Positions 10,239 to 20,857 of a stretch of 46,216 bases of DNA are shown here, in pieces. The translations under genes and the position numbers were made by a program. Each line of letters begins with the position of its first letter. Positions within the stretch are counted from its first letter, which is position 1. The stretch comes from Promethearchaeota archaeon (GTDB lineage Archaea; Asgardarchaeota; Lokiarchaeia; Sigyniarchaeales; SOKP01). The stretch lies in contig JAHLWH010000174.1 in the NCBI GenBank assembly GCA_019058015.1, positions 1 through 46,216 on the forward strand, given 5' to 3'. Below the pieces are notes generated by a model, which was not told the DNA's origin, made no database searches, and worked only from the letters and a program-made list of their open reading frames with translations.

Positions 10239-11387
10239 ATGAATGAAATTAATATAATAAAAAGTGAGCCAGACAATTTGGGACAGAGCAAGACTCATTA
10301 TTTTCAAGTAGATGCAATGAAAGCGATAATGATATTTTTAGTTATATTCGACCATACAATACCATGGACGATAAAAGGTGAAATGGGGGTTGCGTTTTGG
10401 GAAAGAATTTCTATTCCGGTTTTTTTGGTGATTATGGGTTTTAACATGGGGAATTCATTTAAACAGAAGGGAAATGTCCCATTGAGGGAGTTATATTCGA
10501 AGAGTTACTTTAAAAATAAAATCCTACGTTACATTGTTCCTTTTCTAATACTATATATAATATCAACCATAGTTGGCTTGGTTCTTTATAATTTCGATTA
10601 TGATGCAATGATTGAAACTCAATTATTGCCTCATTTTGGCCAAGTTAATATGATTATGGGAATTCTTCCATTTTGGGGTCCGGGCAATTCGTTTATTCCA
10701 ATAATTTTACAATCTATTTTAATCATGCCATTACTATATAAAGGTTTTTCAAGCAAACCCATTTGGAGTGTATTAACCCTAATTTCATGTTTTGTCATTG
10801 AAATTGTCGCTCAGTTGTTTATCTTTTTTTATTTTGGTACACCTCCATTTCCTTCCTGGGAAATATATTATAGCTTTCTTTTTATATTTTGTAGTGTTTT
10901 TATATATCTTTCTGCTATTGGGTTAGGTTTGTGGTTTTCTATGGGACACGGTATTACAGAGAAGAGGAATCTATTCATGTGGATCTTATTTCCACTTAGT
11001 GTCATTTATCTTGTAATATATATGTTTTTCGATTTTCGATTTGACTTTATTAGGGGAGATTATAATTTATTTGTATTTCCTTATTCAGCTTTCTTATTTC
11101 TGATTGGAATGAGATTATTACCTAAGAAATCGGAGAATAAAATCGCAAAAGCAATTGCTGTGATTGGGAAGGCGACGTATCATATCTTATTAACACAAAT
11201 CTTATATTTTGGGATTGTTGTTGCCATTTGGGGTGACCATTATTGTGCATCAATTATTGGAATCAACCCTTTTGACCTTATTGTATGTTTTACTTACTTA
11301 CCTATTAATTGGGTGATTTGTATCCCCCTTGGAGTTTTATGGTTTATTGTAGAAACTAAAATACGAAAGAGTCGATTGTATAAGTAA
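10239..11387 (+). CDS. Acyltransferase-3 (OafA-like) membrane O-acyltransferase
   Basis: DAMKAIMIFLVIFDH, IPVFLVIMGF, KILRYIVPF and IGKATYHILLTQ motifs, about 10 TM. Confidence 0.88.
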   Translation: MNEINIIKSEPDNLGQSKTHYFQVDAMKAIMIFLVIFDHTIPWTIKGEMGVAFWERISIPVFLVIMGFNMGNSFKQKGNVPLRELYSKSYFKNKILRYIVPFLILYIISTIVGLVLYNFDYDAMIETQLLPHFGQVNMIMGILPFWGPGNSFIPIILQSILIMPLLYKGFSSKPIWSVLTLISCFVIEIVAQLFIFFYFGTPPFPSWEIYYSFLFIFCSVFIYLSAIGLGLWFSMGHGITEKRNLFMWILFPLSVIYLVIYMFFDFRFDFIRGDYNLFVFPYSAFLFLIGMRLLPKKSENKIAKAIAVIGKATYHILLTQILYFGIVVAIWGDHYCASIIGINPFDLIVCFTYLPINWVICIPLGVLWFIVETKIRKSRLYK

Positions 11388-11392
11388 ATAAA

Positions 11393-11947
11393 TTATAATC
11401 TTTTTTTTTTTATTTCAAATCTATAATTTAATACATCTAATGTTTTAGGAATTTGATTTATTCTTTTGAAGGACAGTGCTGCAATTCCTAATTTGTATCC
11501 AATTTCTGAAGGGAAAATGTATCCATTTAATTTCTTAAACATAAAAGGATATTGTTTATATAATCCTCGGATTTTTGCAATTACAGGAATATTTGAATTT
11601 GAATTAATTTCGAAACCCTTTCCTTTTTGGATATTTTTGAAAAGGTAGATAATATCACTAAGATCTTCATAATCTCTGATACTTAATGATATTTTTTTGA
11701 TGTAGTTTTCAGAATAAGTAAAATATATTGAATTATTTAGAATTTCAATATTCATCGCGTTAAGATATTTATTGCTATAATCACAGGCGTAAATAAAAAT
11801 AGTAAATAAAAAGATTAATTCATTTTTAGTAAGACCTAGTTTTTCGGATAAAGCATTAAGATTAAAAGATTTTACCTCCGTATTTGGGAGATTTTCTCGT
11901 ATAAAATCTATAAATTTATTCCAATTTTCGAAACTAAACTCTAACAT
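11393..11947 (-). CDS. Hypothetical soluble protein, possible HTH (FNLNALSEKLGLTKNE)
   Basis: 184-aa ORF 25 nt downstream of the giant surface-protein gene, probably co-transcribed. Confidence 0.7.
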   Translation of the reverse strand: MLEFSFENWNKFIDFIRENLPNTEVKSFNLNALSEKLGLTKNELIFLFTIFIYACDYSNKYLNAMNIEILNNSIYFTYSENYIKKISLSIRDYEDLSDIIYLFKNIQKGKGFEINSNSNIPVIAKIRGLYKQYPFMFKKLNGYIFPSEIGYKLGIAALSFKRINQIPKTLDVLNYRFEIKKKRL

Positions 11948-11972
11948 GATGATCCAGAAAAAAAGATTAAAG

Positions 11973-14900
11973 TCAAGCTTTTAAAGCTTTATTAGCATTT
12001 GGACTCTTTTTATGTTTTTTACTTATTTTATTTTTAATGTCAGTTATTTGATTTTTCTTGTACTTTCTTCTTATTATGGTTGATGATACAGTTAAAATAA
12101 TTCCAAATCCAAAAATACCTGATATAGCAGGAATATTATAATTAGAATCATTTGGTTCTTCTGAATCATCTTCATTATCTTCATCATTGTCTGTGACCGT
12201 CGAATTATTATTATCTGAGGTATCATTATCAGGAATTTCAGGTAAAGTGCCATTTGAATAATATATATGAAATGTTAATTCCTTTTTTCCTATCTCTGGA
12301 TCAAATATATCAGGATCTAAGAACGGATGGATTATATAAAAATTAAAAATATACGAACCCGAATCTATAAAATCATATGTTATACTATAATGGTTTTTTA
12401 GCCCTATCTGTGATGATTCCAAAGAAATATTTTCGATAAAAGTATCGTTAATAATAATATTTACATACATACTTGTTCCCGACATTGGGGTATACCCCAA
12501 GGATGTATCAATAGTATAATTGAATTCTACGGTTATAGAATTTGAATTATTAGTATAGCAATGTTCTGAAATAATATCAATAGAAGTATTTATATCTACG
12601 GGGATTTCAATTATTTTTTTCACTCCTGAATATACGCATAAATTTCCATTTATTTTCGGAAGGTAGTCAGGGTTGAGGTCAAGGTAAATGTCTTTTTCAT
12701 ATAAATTCTCACCATTTTTATCTAAAATAATCGTTCCGAACTTATCGCTCTCAAATTTTACTGTTACCGTCGGTCCAAAACTGTCAAGAATTGGATTAGA
12801 AAGACTCGCTTCTAAATGGAATGAATGACCGAGGGTGGCATTATTGTCTATTTGATAGTACAATTCGTTCGAATAATATGTCTGAAGTGTCAATTCTTTC
12901 TTCCCTATCTCTGGATCAAATATATTGGGATCTAAGAACGGATGGATTATAAAAAAATCAAAAATATATGACCCTAGATCTACAAGACCATAAGTCAAAT
13001 TAAAATAATTCTTCTGTCCAATCTGAAACGATTCCAAAGAAACATTCTCTATAAAAGTGCCGTTGAGAAAAACGCTTGCATACATATCTATTTCGGACAT
13101 CGGGGTATACCCTGAGGATGCATTAACGGTATAATTAAATTCTACGGTTATAGAATTTGAATTATTAGTATAGCAAAGCTCGGAAATTATGTCAATATTG
13201 GTATTTATTTCTACGGGGTGTTCAATTATCTTCTCTGCTCCTGAATATACGCATAAATTTCCATTTATTTTCGGGAGGTAGTTAGGGTTGAGATTAAGAT
13301 AAATATCTTTTTCATATAAATTTTCACCGTTTTTATCCAAAATGATCGTTCCCAGCATATCACTCTCAAATTTCACCGTTACCGTCGGTCCAAAATTGTC
13401 AAGAATCAGATTGGAAAGACTCGCTTCTATATGGAATGAATGACCGAGGGTGGCATTATTGTCTATTTGATAGTACAATTCGTTCGAATAATATGTCTGA
13501 AGCGTTAATTCTTTTTTTCCTATATTTGGACTATATATATCGGGGTCTAAAAATGGATGAATTACGTAAAAATCAAAAATATATGACCCTAGATCTACAA
13601 GACCATAAGTCAAATTAAAATAATTTTTTTGTCCTATCTGAAACGATTCCAAAGAAACATTTTCTATAAAAACTCCGCCGAAAAAAACACTTACATACAT
13701 ATCTATTTCGGACATAGGAGAATACCCCGAAGATGTATTAACGGTATAATTGAATTCCATGGTTATAGAATTTGAATTATTAACATAACTGTATTCCGAA
13801 ATTATGTCAATATTGGTATTAATTTCTATGGGGGTTTCAATTATTTTTTCTATTCCTGAATATACGCATAAATTTCCATATATTTTCGGAAGGTAGTCAG
13901 GGTTGAGGTCAAGGTAAATATCTTTCTCATACAAATTCTCACCGTTTCTATCCAGAATAATCGTTCCTAATTTATCGCTCTCAAATCTTACCGTTATTGG
14001 TGATCCCAAACTGTCAAAAATCGGATTAGAAAGATTCGCTTCTATATGGAATGAATGTCCGAGGGTAGCATTATTGTCTACTTGATAGTGCAATTCGTTC
14101 GAATAATATATCTGAAGCGTCAATTCTTTTTTACCAATCTCAGGACTATATATATCGGGGTCTAAAAACGGATGAATTACGTAGAAATCAAAAATATATG
14201 ACCCTAGCTCTACAAGACCATAAGTCAAATTAAAATAATTCTTCTTTCCAATCTGAAACGAATTAAGTGAAATATTTTCTATAAAAGTGCCGTTGAGAAA
14301 AACGCTTGCATACATATCTATTTCGGACATCGGGGTATAACCAGAGGAAGTATTAACGGTATAATTGAATTCTACGGTTATAGAATTTGAATTATTAGTA
14401 TAGCAATGCTCGAAAATTATATCAATATTGGTATTAATCTCTACGGAGGTTTCAATTACTTTATCTATTCCCGAATACACACATATTTTACCGTCTATTT
14501 TTGGAAGATAATCGGGATTAAGGTCTATGTAAATGTCTTTTTCATATAAATTCTCACCGTTTTTATCCAAAATGATCGTTCCCAGCATATCGCTCTCAAA
14601 TTTCACCGTTACCGTCGGTCCAAAACTGTCAAGAATTAGATTACATAGACTCGCCTCAATTCTAAATGTATATCCAAGAGTGGCATTATCATCTATTTGA
14701 TAATATAATCTAATGTCATCATTTACTGCAATATCGCATATCCAAAAGACCATATCCGTGTCGATTGTTTCCGAAGTGCTTGTGGCAAAATACTCTTTCT
14801 CATCCTCAATATATAAACTATGTAGTAGAGTCCTAACTTTCACAATATCAAAGTCCATGGTAATATTCAAGACTTTTGAAATTTTGAAAACATAATAGAT

Positions 14901-16895
14901 GTCCCTAAAATTGGAATAATCCAACTGTAAAAAAATGTAATTTATTATTTTTTGGGTATCTAGATTATATCTCCCTACAGATGTTAAGACATAGACCATA
15001 TAATAAATATCTTTCAAAATATCACTGAAATCATCGGAATAATAGGAGTCATAATAAAGATATTGCGAAGATTCCATAACACCTCTGGAGATAAAGGTGC
15101 ACAGTGCGTCAATGTCTATCCCGTTATTAGTTATATCCCCGTCGTCTAAGAATGTATCGAGTATTTCTATGCATCTTATGGTAAAATAGGAGTAATGCAA
15201 ATAAATATGGTCCTCATAATTCTCAGGCGGATATAAAGTATATATATAATCCGGAATAAATCCGCCGTATCTGGTATATCCAGGTTCTAAGAATTGACAT
15301 GCTATTATATGCTCAAGTAACTCAGTCAGGTTGTTGACTGAAGAAAAATCGTCCAGTTTATATATATTGTCTAAAGCGGATAAAGCATAGAAGATATGCT
15401 CTACCGAATGAAGGAATCCTATCTCTTGGGAATAAATGTGTTTTTTTGTTCCTTTATATTCCAACGGGGCTGTTCTATAATTAACGGAAGTTAAATTTGA
15501 TGTGGCAGGTCCGTAAAAGGTACCTTCACCAAGATTACCGAAAGTATAATTTTTATGAGCCGATTCTATGAGTTCATATAACTCCTGCAGATTTAAATCG
15601 GATATTCTATAATTTAAATCGAAAGAGCTGACGGTATTCCAAACTACCTTTAGGGAAGTATAGTCTCTTGATAGAGATGAGAAACCTTCTATTTGCTGGA
15701 ATCTTAGAACAAATAAATAAATTTCCTCTTTTGTTAGTGCATCAAGATAGAAAAGTTTTTCGTTTCTCTTAAAATATCGAATAACTTCATACGTATCAAT
15801 TAATTCGTAATTCCCCAAATTTTGGGTGTTCTCCCAGCCTCCACCGTTCATTCTAAAATCTAACAAAAAATTTATTGAGAGCATATTATCATAAGTGTAT
15901 CCGACAATGTCTGCTAGTTCCATGCCTAGAGCCGTAGAAAATATATTATAAATTTTAGTTATTTTATTAAAATAATTATAATAGAAGCATCCTGAATTTG
16001 AATCGTATAAACCGCCAATATATTGTAAAAAATTTTCGATGTTTATCACGTCTAGCATTCCAAAAGAATTGAGAGTCGTAATGGCAAAAAAGGCTGAACA
16101 TAAGTTAGGATCGTACCTAAACACCGTATCCACAAGAGGTTCCAAATCATTATTAAATCCACCGTGCGTATAAGAATTATACGGACTCTGGATTTGAAGT
16201 GCATTCAGGAAAGAAATTATTTGATCTCTCTGAACAAGGTAATAATCCCAATTTATGTTAAGGGCATTCAATAATTCGACAGCAAAAAATGTATTTTCAG
16301 CTGTTGGAATATTTTGTGGGGAATTAATTGGAGAATGATAGCCAAAAAAACCCCCCGTGATTGGATCATAACAGCTCCATATATAATTCTTAATATTATC
16401 TTGGTTTAATGCACTTAGCTCATCCAATATGATCAAAGAAAAAACGGCATAACAATATGTTAGGAGGGGAGAATTTTGATAATAAGCTTCCGAGTCTACA
16501 AGATCATAAAACCTAAGTGAATAATCATCCTGAAATTCATTTTTCACGGGATCATAATGAGACATTATATATTGTAAGGCTTTTCCTTCATCGATTTGAT
16601 GTAATTTGCCGATTGCATCCAGAACATACAGAGCAAAATAAGTATCCCTGATGGATGGAGAATAATATTCTTGAAAACATCCATATTGATTATAATCAGA
16701 TATTCTGTCATCTAAAAGATCATTGATATTAGATTGGTTTAGACCTGATGCTGAGGAGTTTATACATTTCATATTTGCTTGGGAAAAATCAGTCGATACT
16801 GTTTTATTAGATGATAATATAGAAATAAATCCAGCCATCCCAAAAATGAATATTATTAGACTTCCAATCAATATTTTGTGTTTAAGTTTAGTCAA
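11973..16895 (-). CDS. Giant surface protein: prenyltransferase/squalene-oxidase (alpha/alpha barrel) repeats, 4 x 205-aa repeats, acidic linker, TM anchor
   Basis: GGF...T..A...L repeats (TGGFFGY, HGGFNND, RYGGFIPD). The likely start is the in-frame TTG at 16895, preceding a signal anchor and about 30 nt below a TATA box. The 17057 start in the ORF track overlaps the divergent gene. Confidence 0.85.
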   Translation of the reverse strand: MTKLKHKILIGSLIIFIFGMAGFISILSSNKTVSTDFSQANMKCINSSASGLNQSNINDLLDDRISDYNQYGCFQEYYSPSIRDTYFALYVLDAIGKLHQIDEGKALQYIMSHYDPVKNEFQDDYSLRFYDLVDSEAYYQNSPLLTYCYAVFSLIILDELSALNQDNIKNYIWSCYDPITGGFFGYHSPINSPQNIPTAENTFFAVELLNALNINWDYYLVQRDQIISFLNALQIQSPYNSYTHGGFNNDLEPLVDTVFRYDPNLCSAFFAITTLNSFGMLDVINIENFLQYIGGLYDSNSGCFYYNYFNKITKIYNIFSTALGMELADIVGYTYDNMLSINFLLDFRMNGGGWENTQNLGNYELIDTYEVIRYFKRNEKLFYLDALTKEEIYLFVLRFQQIEGFSSLSRDYTSLKVVWNTVSSFDLNYRISDLNLQELYELIESAHKNYTFGNLGEGTFYGPATSNLTSVNYRTAPLEYKGTKKHIYSQEIGFLHSVEHIFYALSALDNIYKLDDFSSVNNLTELLEHIIACQFLEPGYTRYGGFIPDYIYTLYPPENYEDHIYLHYSYFTIRCIEILDTFLDDGDITNNGIDIDALCTFISRGVMESSQYLYYDSYYSDDFSDILKDIYYMVYVLTSVGRYNLDTQKIINYIFLQLDYSNFRDIYYVFKISKVLNITMDFDIVKVRTLLHSLYIEDEKEYFATSTSETIDTDMVFWICDIAVNDDIRLYYQIDDNATLGYTFRIEASLCNLILDSFGPTVTVKFESDMLGTIILDKNGENLYEKDIYIDLNPDYLPKIDGKICVYSGIDKVIETSVEINTNIDIIFEHCYTNNSNSITVEFNYTVNTSSGYTPMSEIDMYASVFLNGTFIENISLNSFQIGKKNYFNLTYGLVELGSYIFDFYVIHPFLDPDIYSPEIGKKELTLQIYYSNELHYQVDNNATLGHSFHIEANLSNPIFDSLGSPITVRFESDKLGTIILDRNGENLYEKDIYLDLNPDYLPKIYGNLCVYSGIEKIIETPIEINTNIDIISEYSYVNNSNSITMEFNYTVNTSSGYSPMSEIDMYVSVFFGGVFIENVSLESFQIGQKNYFNLTYGLVDLGSYIFDFYVIHPFLDPDIYSPNIGKKELTLQTYYSNELYYQIDNNATLGHSFHIEASLSNLILDNFGPTVTVKFESDMLGTIILDKNGENLYEKDIYLNLNPNYLPKINGNLCVYSGAEKIIEHPVEINTNIDIISELCYTNNSNSITVEFNYTVNASSGYTPMSEIDMYASVFLNGTFIENVSLESFQIGQKNYFNLTYGLVDLGSYIFDFFIIHPFLDPNIFDPEIGKKELTLQTYYSNELYYQIDNNATLGHSFHLEASLSNPILDSFGPTVTVKFESDKFGTIILDKNGENLYEKDIYLDLNPDYLPKINGNLCVYSGVKKIIEIPVDINTSIDIISEHCYTNNSNSITVEFNYTIDTSLGYTPMSGTSMYVNIIINDTFIENISLESSQIGLKNHYSITYDFIDSGSYIFNFYIIHPFLDPDIFDPEIGKKELTFHIYYSNGTLPEIPDNDTSDNNNSTVTDNDEDNEDDSEEPNDSNYNIPAISGIFGFGIILTVSSTIIRRKYKKNQITDIKNKISKKHKKSPNANKALKA
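12255..14715 (-). repeat. Four tandem intragenic 615-bp repeats
   Basis: The anchor RAGRGTRGCATTAT recurs at 12831, 13446, 14061 and 14676, an exact 615-nt spacing. Boundaries are approximate. Confidence 0.95.
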
Positions 16896-17050
16896 TTTAA
16901 TCAAAAAAAGACTACAAATATAGATATATAAAGAAAAAATTAATATAATTTTCAAATTAGAAAGAAATTCATGAAAATTTTTATATATAAATTTAAATAA
17001 ATAAATCATATAAAAGCAAACTTTAAAGAAATCTAAAAGAGTTGTTTTTT

Positions 17051-17485
17051 TTGCCAAGAATGGATAAAAAAATAATAATTAAAGCGTCTGTGAATAAAGT
17101 TTATGATATTATGAAGGACTATTCAATTTTACCAAGATGGAATATTGTTATAAATGAAGCTACTGAACTTGAACCCGGTAAATATTTCTTTAAAACAAAT
17201 GTTGGAGATGTTACAAATACTGAAATAGAAAACATTCCAAATGAGAGAATGACGTCGACACAAGAGGGTAGCCCAATGACTTCAATAGGATATATTTTTA
17301 AACCTGTAGATGAAGGAACCGAAGTGACACTTTGGGCAGAATTTGAATTAGAGGATCAAAGAAGTGTTATGGAAATAGCAGGAGACTTATTTTTAAAGAG
17401 TTTGAAAGTATATGTTGATTATATTGAAGCTGGTGGAAATCCAGAAGCATATAGAAAGAAATTTTCAGCCATAAAGAAAGCATAA
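17051..17485 (+). CDS. SRPBCC (START/polyketide cyclase-like) family protein
   Basis: IIIKASVNKVYDIMKDYSILPRWN...FKPVDEGTEVT...LKSLKVYVD. Start is TTG 17051 or ATG 17060. Confidence 0.85.
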   Translation: MPRMDKKIIIKASVNKVYDIMKDYSILPRWNIVINEATELEPGKYFFKTNVGDVTNTEIENIPNERMTSTQEGSPMTSIGYIFKPVDEGTEVTLWAEFELEDQRSVMEIAGDLFLKSLKVYVDYIEAGGNPEAYRKKFSAIKKA

Positions 17486-17649
17486 AACATTCAATAATAT
17501 TCCTTAAATTATTAATATTTCATGTTTCTTGGAGATATGTAGCGATATTAATTGTAATTCAATCATTTTCCTTTCTTTTTATTATTGTAAGTCTTAATAA
17601 AAGAAATATCTGGAAAAAATAATATAATTAAAAAAAAAAATAATTATTA

Positions 17650-18162
17650 TTAATCTCTGCCTGCAAAACCTCCAATAAGACCTAAAAAGCCTCCTGCAAT
17701 TAATACGTATGTCCCAATATCCACTGTGTCGAGTTCTAATATTTTAAGCGGAATTATTCCTTCTATTAATGGCTCGCTATCCCAAAATAAAAATGAATAT
17801 ACATTCAATTCCGTAGGGAAAACCCCAAAACCAAATAACAAAATATATATACCTATTAAAATTGGTAAGATTGAGCCTATAATCACTAATGCGCGGCTCT
17901 TTACCCCAGCTAGTTGAAAGATGCCTTAAATCAAGAATAAAATCAAAACGACTGCAATTATATAAATTACCCAAGTATCTAAACCAAATATAGTTGCATA
18001 TGCATCTGGATTGGTAAACATATCTGGAAGATTTTTTATTAATCCTATACCTCCTACATATACCCTTACAAAGAAGAACATAAATGCCTCCCAAGATAAA
18101 ACATATGTTGCAACTATTGTTAAAATCCCAGCTAATACACTTAAAAATTTTCCTGCACCCAT
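17650..18162 (-). pseudogene. Membrane protein gene interrupted by one in-frame TAA (17928-17926)
   Basis: The two 78-aa ORFs share a frame and read through as ...VLILFLI*GIFQLAGVKSRALVIIGSILP... Confidence 0.8.
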
Positions 18163-18297
18163 TATTTAACAAACCTCTTAAAAAAGATTTCGATTACAAT
18201 TAATTTAATCATAATTATGTATAAATTATGTTATTTCTTTTACAAAATAAAGTATAAATTTAAAGCGATTTTTAAGTGAATAAATATTTTTTTTATT

Positions 18298-19485
18298 GTG
18301 ATACCACCTTGGCTAAGCTTTCTTCTGATAATTGCATTAATTATTATTTTTTCTAAAAAAGTGTTAGGTATCGTTTTATTTATTGGGGCACTATTATTTG
18401 GATTATTAACTCAAGTAGATATACTAAACTCAATTATTACAGTTTTTATAGATCCTTCAATTATCCTATTAGCACTTTGTGTAACTCTCATTCCTATTCT
18501 CGGTGGGATAATGGAAGAATCTGGCCTAATGCTTGAATTGGTTCAAAAAATGAAAGTTTCTAAGAAAATAGCCTTAATGGTTTCCCCTGGGCTTTTTGGG
18601 CTGCTACCCGTAGCAGGAGGTGCCTTAATGTCCGCACCAATATTAGATCAAATAGATCCAAACCTTAATCCTGATCGTAAGGTTGGAATCAATGTATGGT
18701 ATCGGCATGCATTAATTTTAATATATCCTTTATCATCAACTTTACTTGTAGCTAGTGTTTTATCTGGAATCTCATTGTATATTATCATTGTAGCTATGAT
18801 TATTCCATTCATCGTTATGATAATTATTGGATATTTCACATTACTCCGGCAAGTTGAAAAAACGGAAGAAATTAATACTCGCGATCTGAAAAGAGTTTTT
18901 ATTAATCTTATCCCTATTGTGATTGCGCCAATTATTGATTTTTTTGGTAGAACATTTCTAAATCTTTCCATTCCAGAGATTTTTCTACTTATTGGATTAT
19001 GTCTGAGTATTGGGGTTGCTTTAAAATTTGCAGAAATGCCATTCTCAACTATAAAAAGTATTGCCAAAAAAATGAAAGTGTGGCGATTTCCTCTTTTAAT
19101 TCTTGCAATGTTCTTATTTTTAGAGATATTTATAAAATCAGGGGTGCCTGAAGATATAGGAGCATTAGAGCTACCGTTTGTATTATTAATTTGCATCGGA
19201 TTTTTCCTTGGATTTGCTTTAGGGCGCGTTCTATTACCAATTTCAATTTTGATTCCGATTTATTTAATCCAAAACATCTTAACAATTATGCCCCTACTTG
19301 ATTTTGTATTTCTCTATTTTGCCACATTTCTAGGCTATTTAATGACCCCGCTCCATCCATGTGTTGCATATAGCATTCAATACTTCAAAACTGACTATAA
19401 AAAATCATTCAAATATGTTGCAATTCCCTCATTTATCTGTTTTGGAATATTATTAATTACATATTTGATTTTCAGTTTATTTTAA
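18298..19485 (+). CDS. DUF401-family (ion transporter superfamily-like) membrane protein
   Basis: About 11 TM, with PGLFGLLPVAGGALMSAP, INVWYRH...YPL and GYLMTPLHPC motifs. Confidence 0.82.
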   Translation: MIPPWLSFLLIIALIIIFSKKVLGIVLFIGALLFGLLTQVDILNSIITVFIDPSIILLALCVTLIPILGGIMEESGLMLELVQKMKVSKKIALMVSPGLFGLLPVAGGALMSAPILDQIDPNLNPDRKVGINVWYRHALILIYPLSSTLLVASVLSGISLYIIIVAMIIPFIVMIIIGYFTLLRQVEKTEEINTRDLKRVFINLIPIVIAPIIDFFGRTFLNLSIPEIFLLIGLCLSIGVALKFAEMPFSTIKSIAKKMKVWRFPLLILAMFLFLEIFIKSGVPEDIGALELPFVLLICIGFFLGFALGRVLLPISILIPIYLIQNILTIMPLLDFVFLYFATFLGYLMTPLHPCVAYSIQYFKTDYKKSFKYVAIPSFICFGILLITYLIFSLF

Positions 19486-19579
19486 ACCCTTCACACGTTT
19501 TTTCGAGCGCGGAAGAACTGATATTCTAAAATTTTAGATAATTTTAAAAAAAAAATAGAAAAAAAGAGAATCGAAATAA

Positions 19580-20857
19580 TTAAGAATTAAGAATTGGAGG
19601 ACCTTTTCCACATTTTCTTCTATAATGCTTCTTATCTAATTTTAAAATACCAAAACTACTCTTATTTACAATATTTGTATAATTTTTTAAAAAAGTAAGG
19701 TGATAACAATTTATAGTAAATTTGAGTGGTTCTGAATGCAAATTAAATGGAATTATATCTCGAAAATCTTCCAGACTTACATTAAAATGATGTTCCTTTT
19801 CATTTTTTAGGTCAATAATAACAATTTCACTTGCATCAGATTCTTCAATTTCTTTCCCAACCGAGAGATCTTGAGCAATTTCAGACTTAATTATTAGCGC
19901 ATCAAATACAACACCTTCGACTACTTCTTTTATCAAATCTGATGAATTTACTAAACTTTTGAACCCTGAAATTTTCTTTTTAACAAAAATATGATTTTTA
20001 ACCTGGTAATTAATTGTGCTCATTTTAATTCCAATCTTATCACAAATTCTCGAAATCGAAATGGAATTAATATCTTTAGCAATTAATGCTAATGTGGTCA
20101 CCACACCTGCGATCACATCATCTTTTGTATTCTTGATAAATGGCCAAAATTTTCGTAGTATAATATTTGCACTTTTTCCAAAATCATTGTTAAAATTAAA
20201 GAATTCACAAATTTCATTTATTTTTTTAAGGATCAATTGTTTTCTATCTCTCTTAGCGTAAGCTGGATAATAACGAGATGATTCCATTAAAATTTCTTTA
20301 AAATCATTTTTACTTACGTTTAAAATGTTTTTAAACTGTAGAAAATCGAAATTGATTGCTTTTACTTTTAAAACCATAAAGAGAATAACGGGGACTAACT
20401 TCTCGGCAGATCTTCCTTTAGTTCCTTTTTTTAAATTTTTCCAAACATTCTTGAAAACGAAGATACAATCAATTTTTAACGAATTAGGAAGATGAAGGGC
20501 AGTTATGATACGATTAAATTCTGAATCAGCTATTTGAAGTACTAAATTGCTATATTCATTACAAATCCTTTGCATCTTTGACATTCGCTCTAACTCACAA
20601 GAGCGTGAATTTGCTCTCCTTTCTAAATTAGTCCCTAATTTTGTAGTTTTCTTAAGTTCATTAGAATAAACTTGAATTGAATCTTGATTATATGGAGAGT
20701 TATATTGAAAGATCGGTAAATCTAATGTTAATCCACAATTTCTACAAACATAACCACCACCAGACTCTATAATCTCGTCTGATCTACAGCCGTCACAGAA
20801 AAAATCATTCGTTTTTTCTGGTAAATCAAATATTGGAAGGTTTTTATTAAACATCAT
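19580..20857 (-). CDS. Divergent TFB/TFIIB-like protein (Zn ribbon, two cyclin folds, C-terminal extension)
   Basis: Zn ribbon CDGC...VCRNCG. Cyclin 1: EFNRIITALHLP...KGRSAEKLVPVILF. Cyclin 2 HTH: ISRICDKIGIKMSTI. Confidence 0.85.
   Translation of the reverse strand: MMFNKNLPIFDLPEKTNDFFCDGCRSDEIIESGGGYVCRNCGLTLDLPIFQYNSPYNQDSIQVYSNELKKTTKLGTNLERRANSRSCELERMSKMQRICNEYSNLVLQIADSEFNRIITALHLPNSLKIDCIFVFKNVWKNLKKGTKGRSAEKLVPVILFMVLKVKAINFDFLQFKNILNVSKNDFKEILMESSRYYPAYAKRDRKQLILKKINEICEFFNFNNDFGKSANIILRKFWPFIKNTKDDVIAGVVTTLALIAKDINSISISRICDKIGIKMSTINYQVKNHIFVKKKISGFKSLVNSSDLIKEVVEGVVFDALIIKSEIAQDLSVGKEIEESDASEIVIIDLKNEKEHHFNVSLEDFRDIIPFNLHSEPLKFTINCYHLTFLKNYTNIVNKSSFGILKLDKKHYRRKCGKGPPILNS

Noticed and set aside
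12255-14715. CRISPR array or mobile-element repeats
   Set aside because: The units are 615-nt in-frame coding repeats with no spacers, and there are no cas genes.
11973-16895. Rab geranylgeranyltransferase acting on the local Rab-like GTPase
   Set aside because: The domain follows a signal anchor and looks extracellular, and the Rab-like protein ends MMENANLL with no Cys motif.
16896-17057. N-terminal 54 aa of the 1694-aa ORF
   Set aside because: It is low-complexity F/I/Y/K sequence crossing the divergent promoter region and overlapping the SRPBCC start. TTG 16895 fits better.
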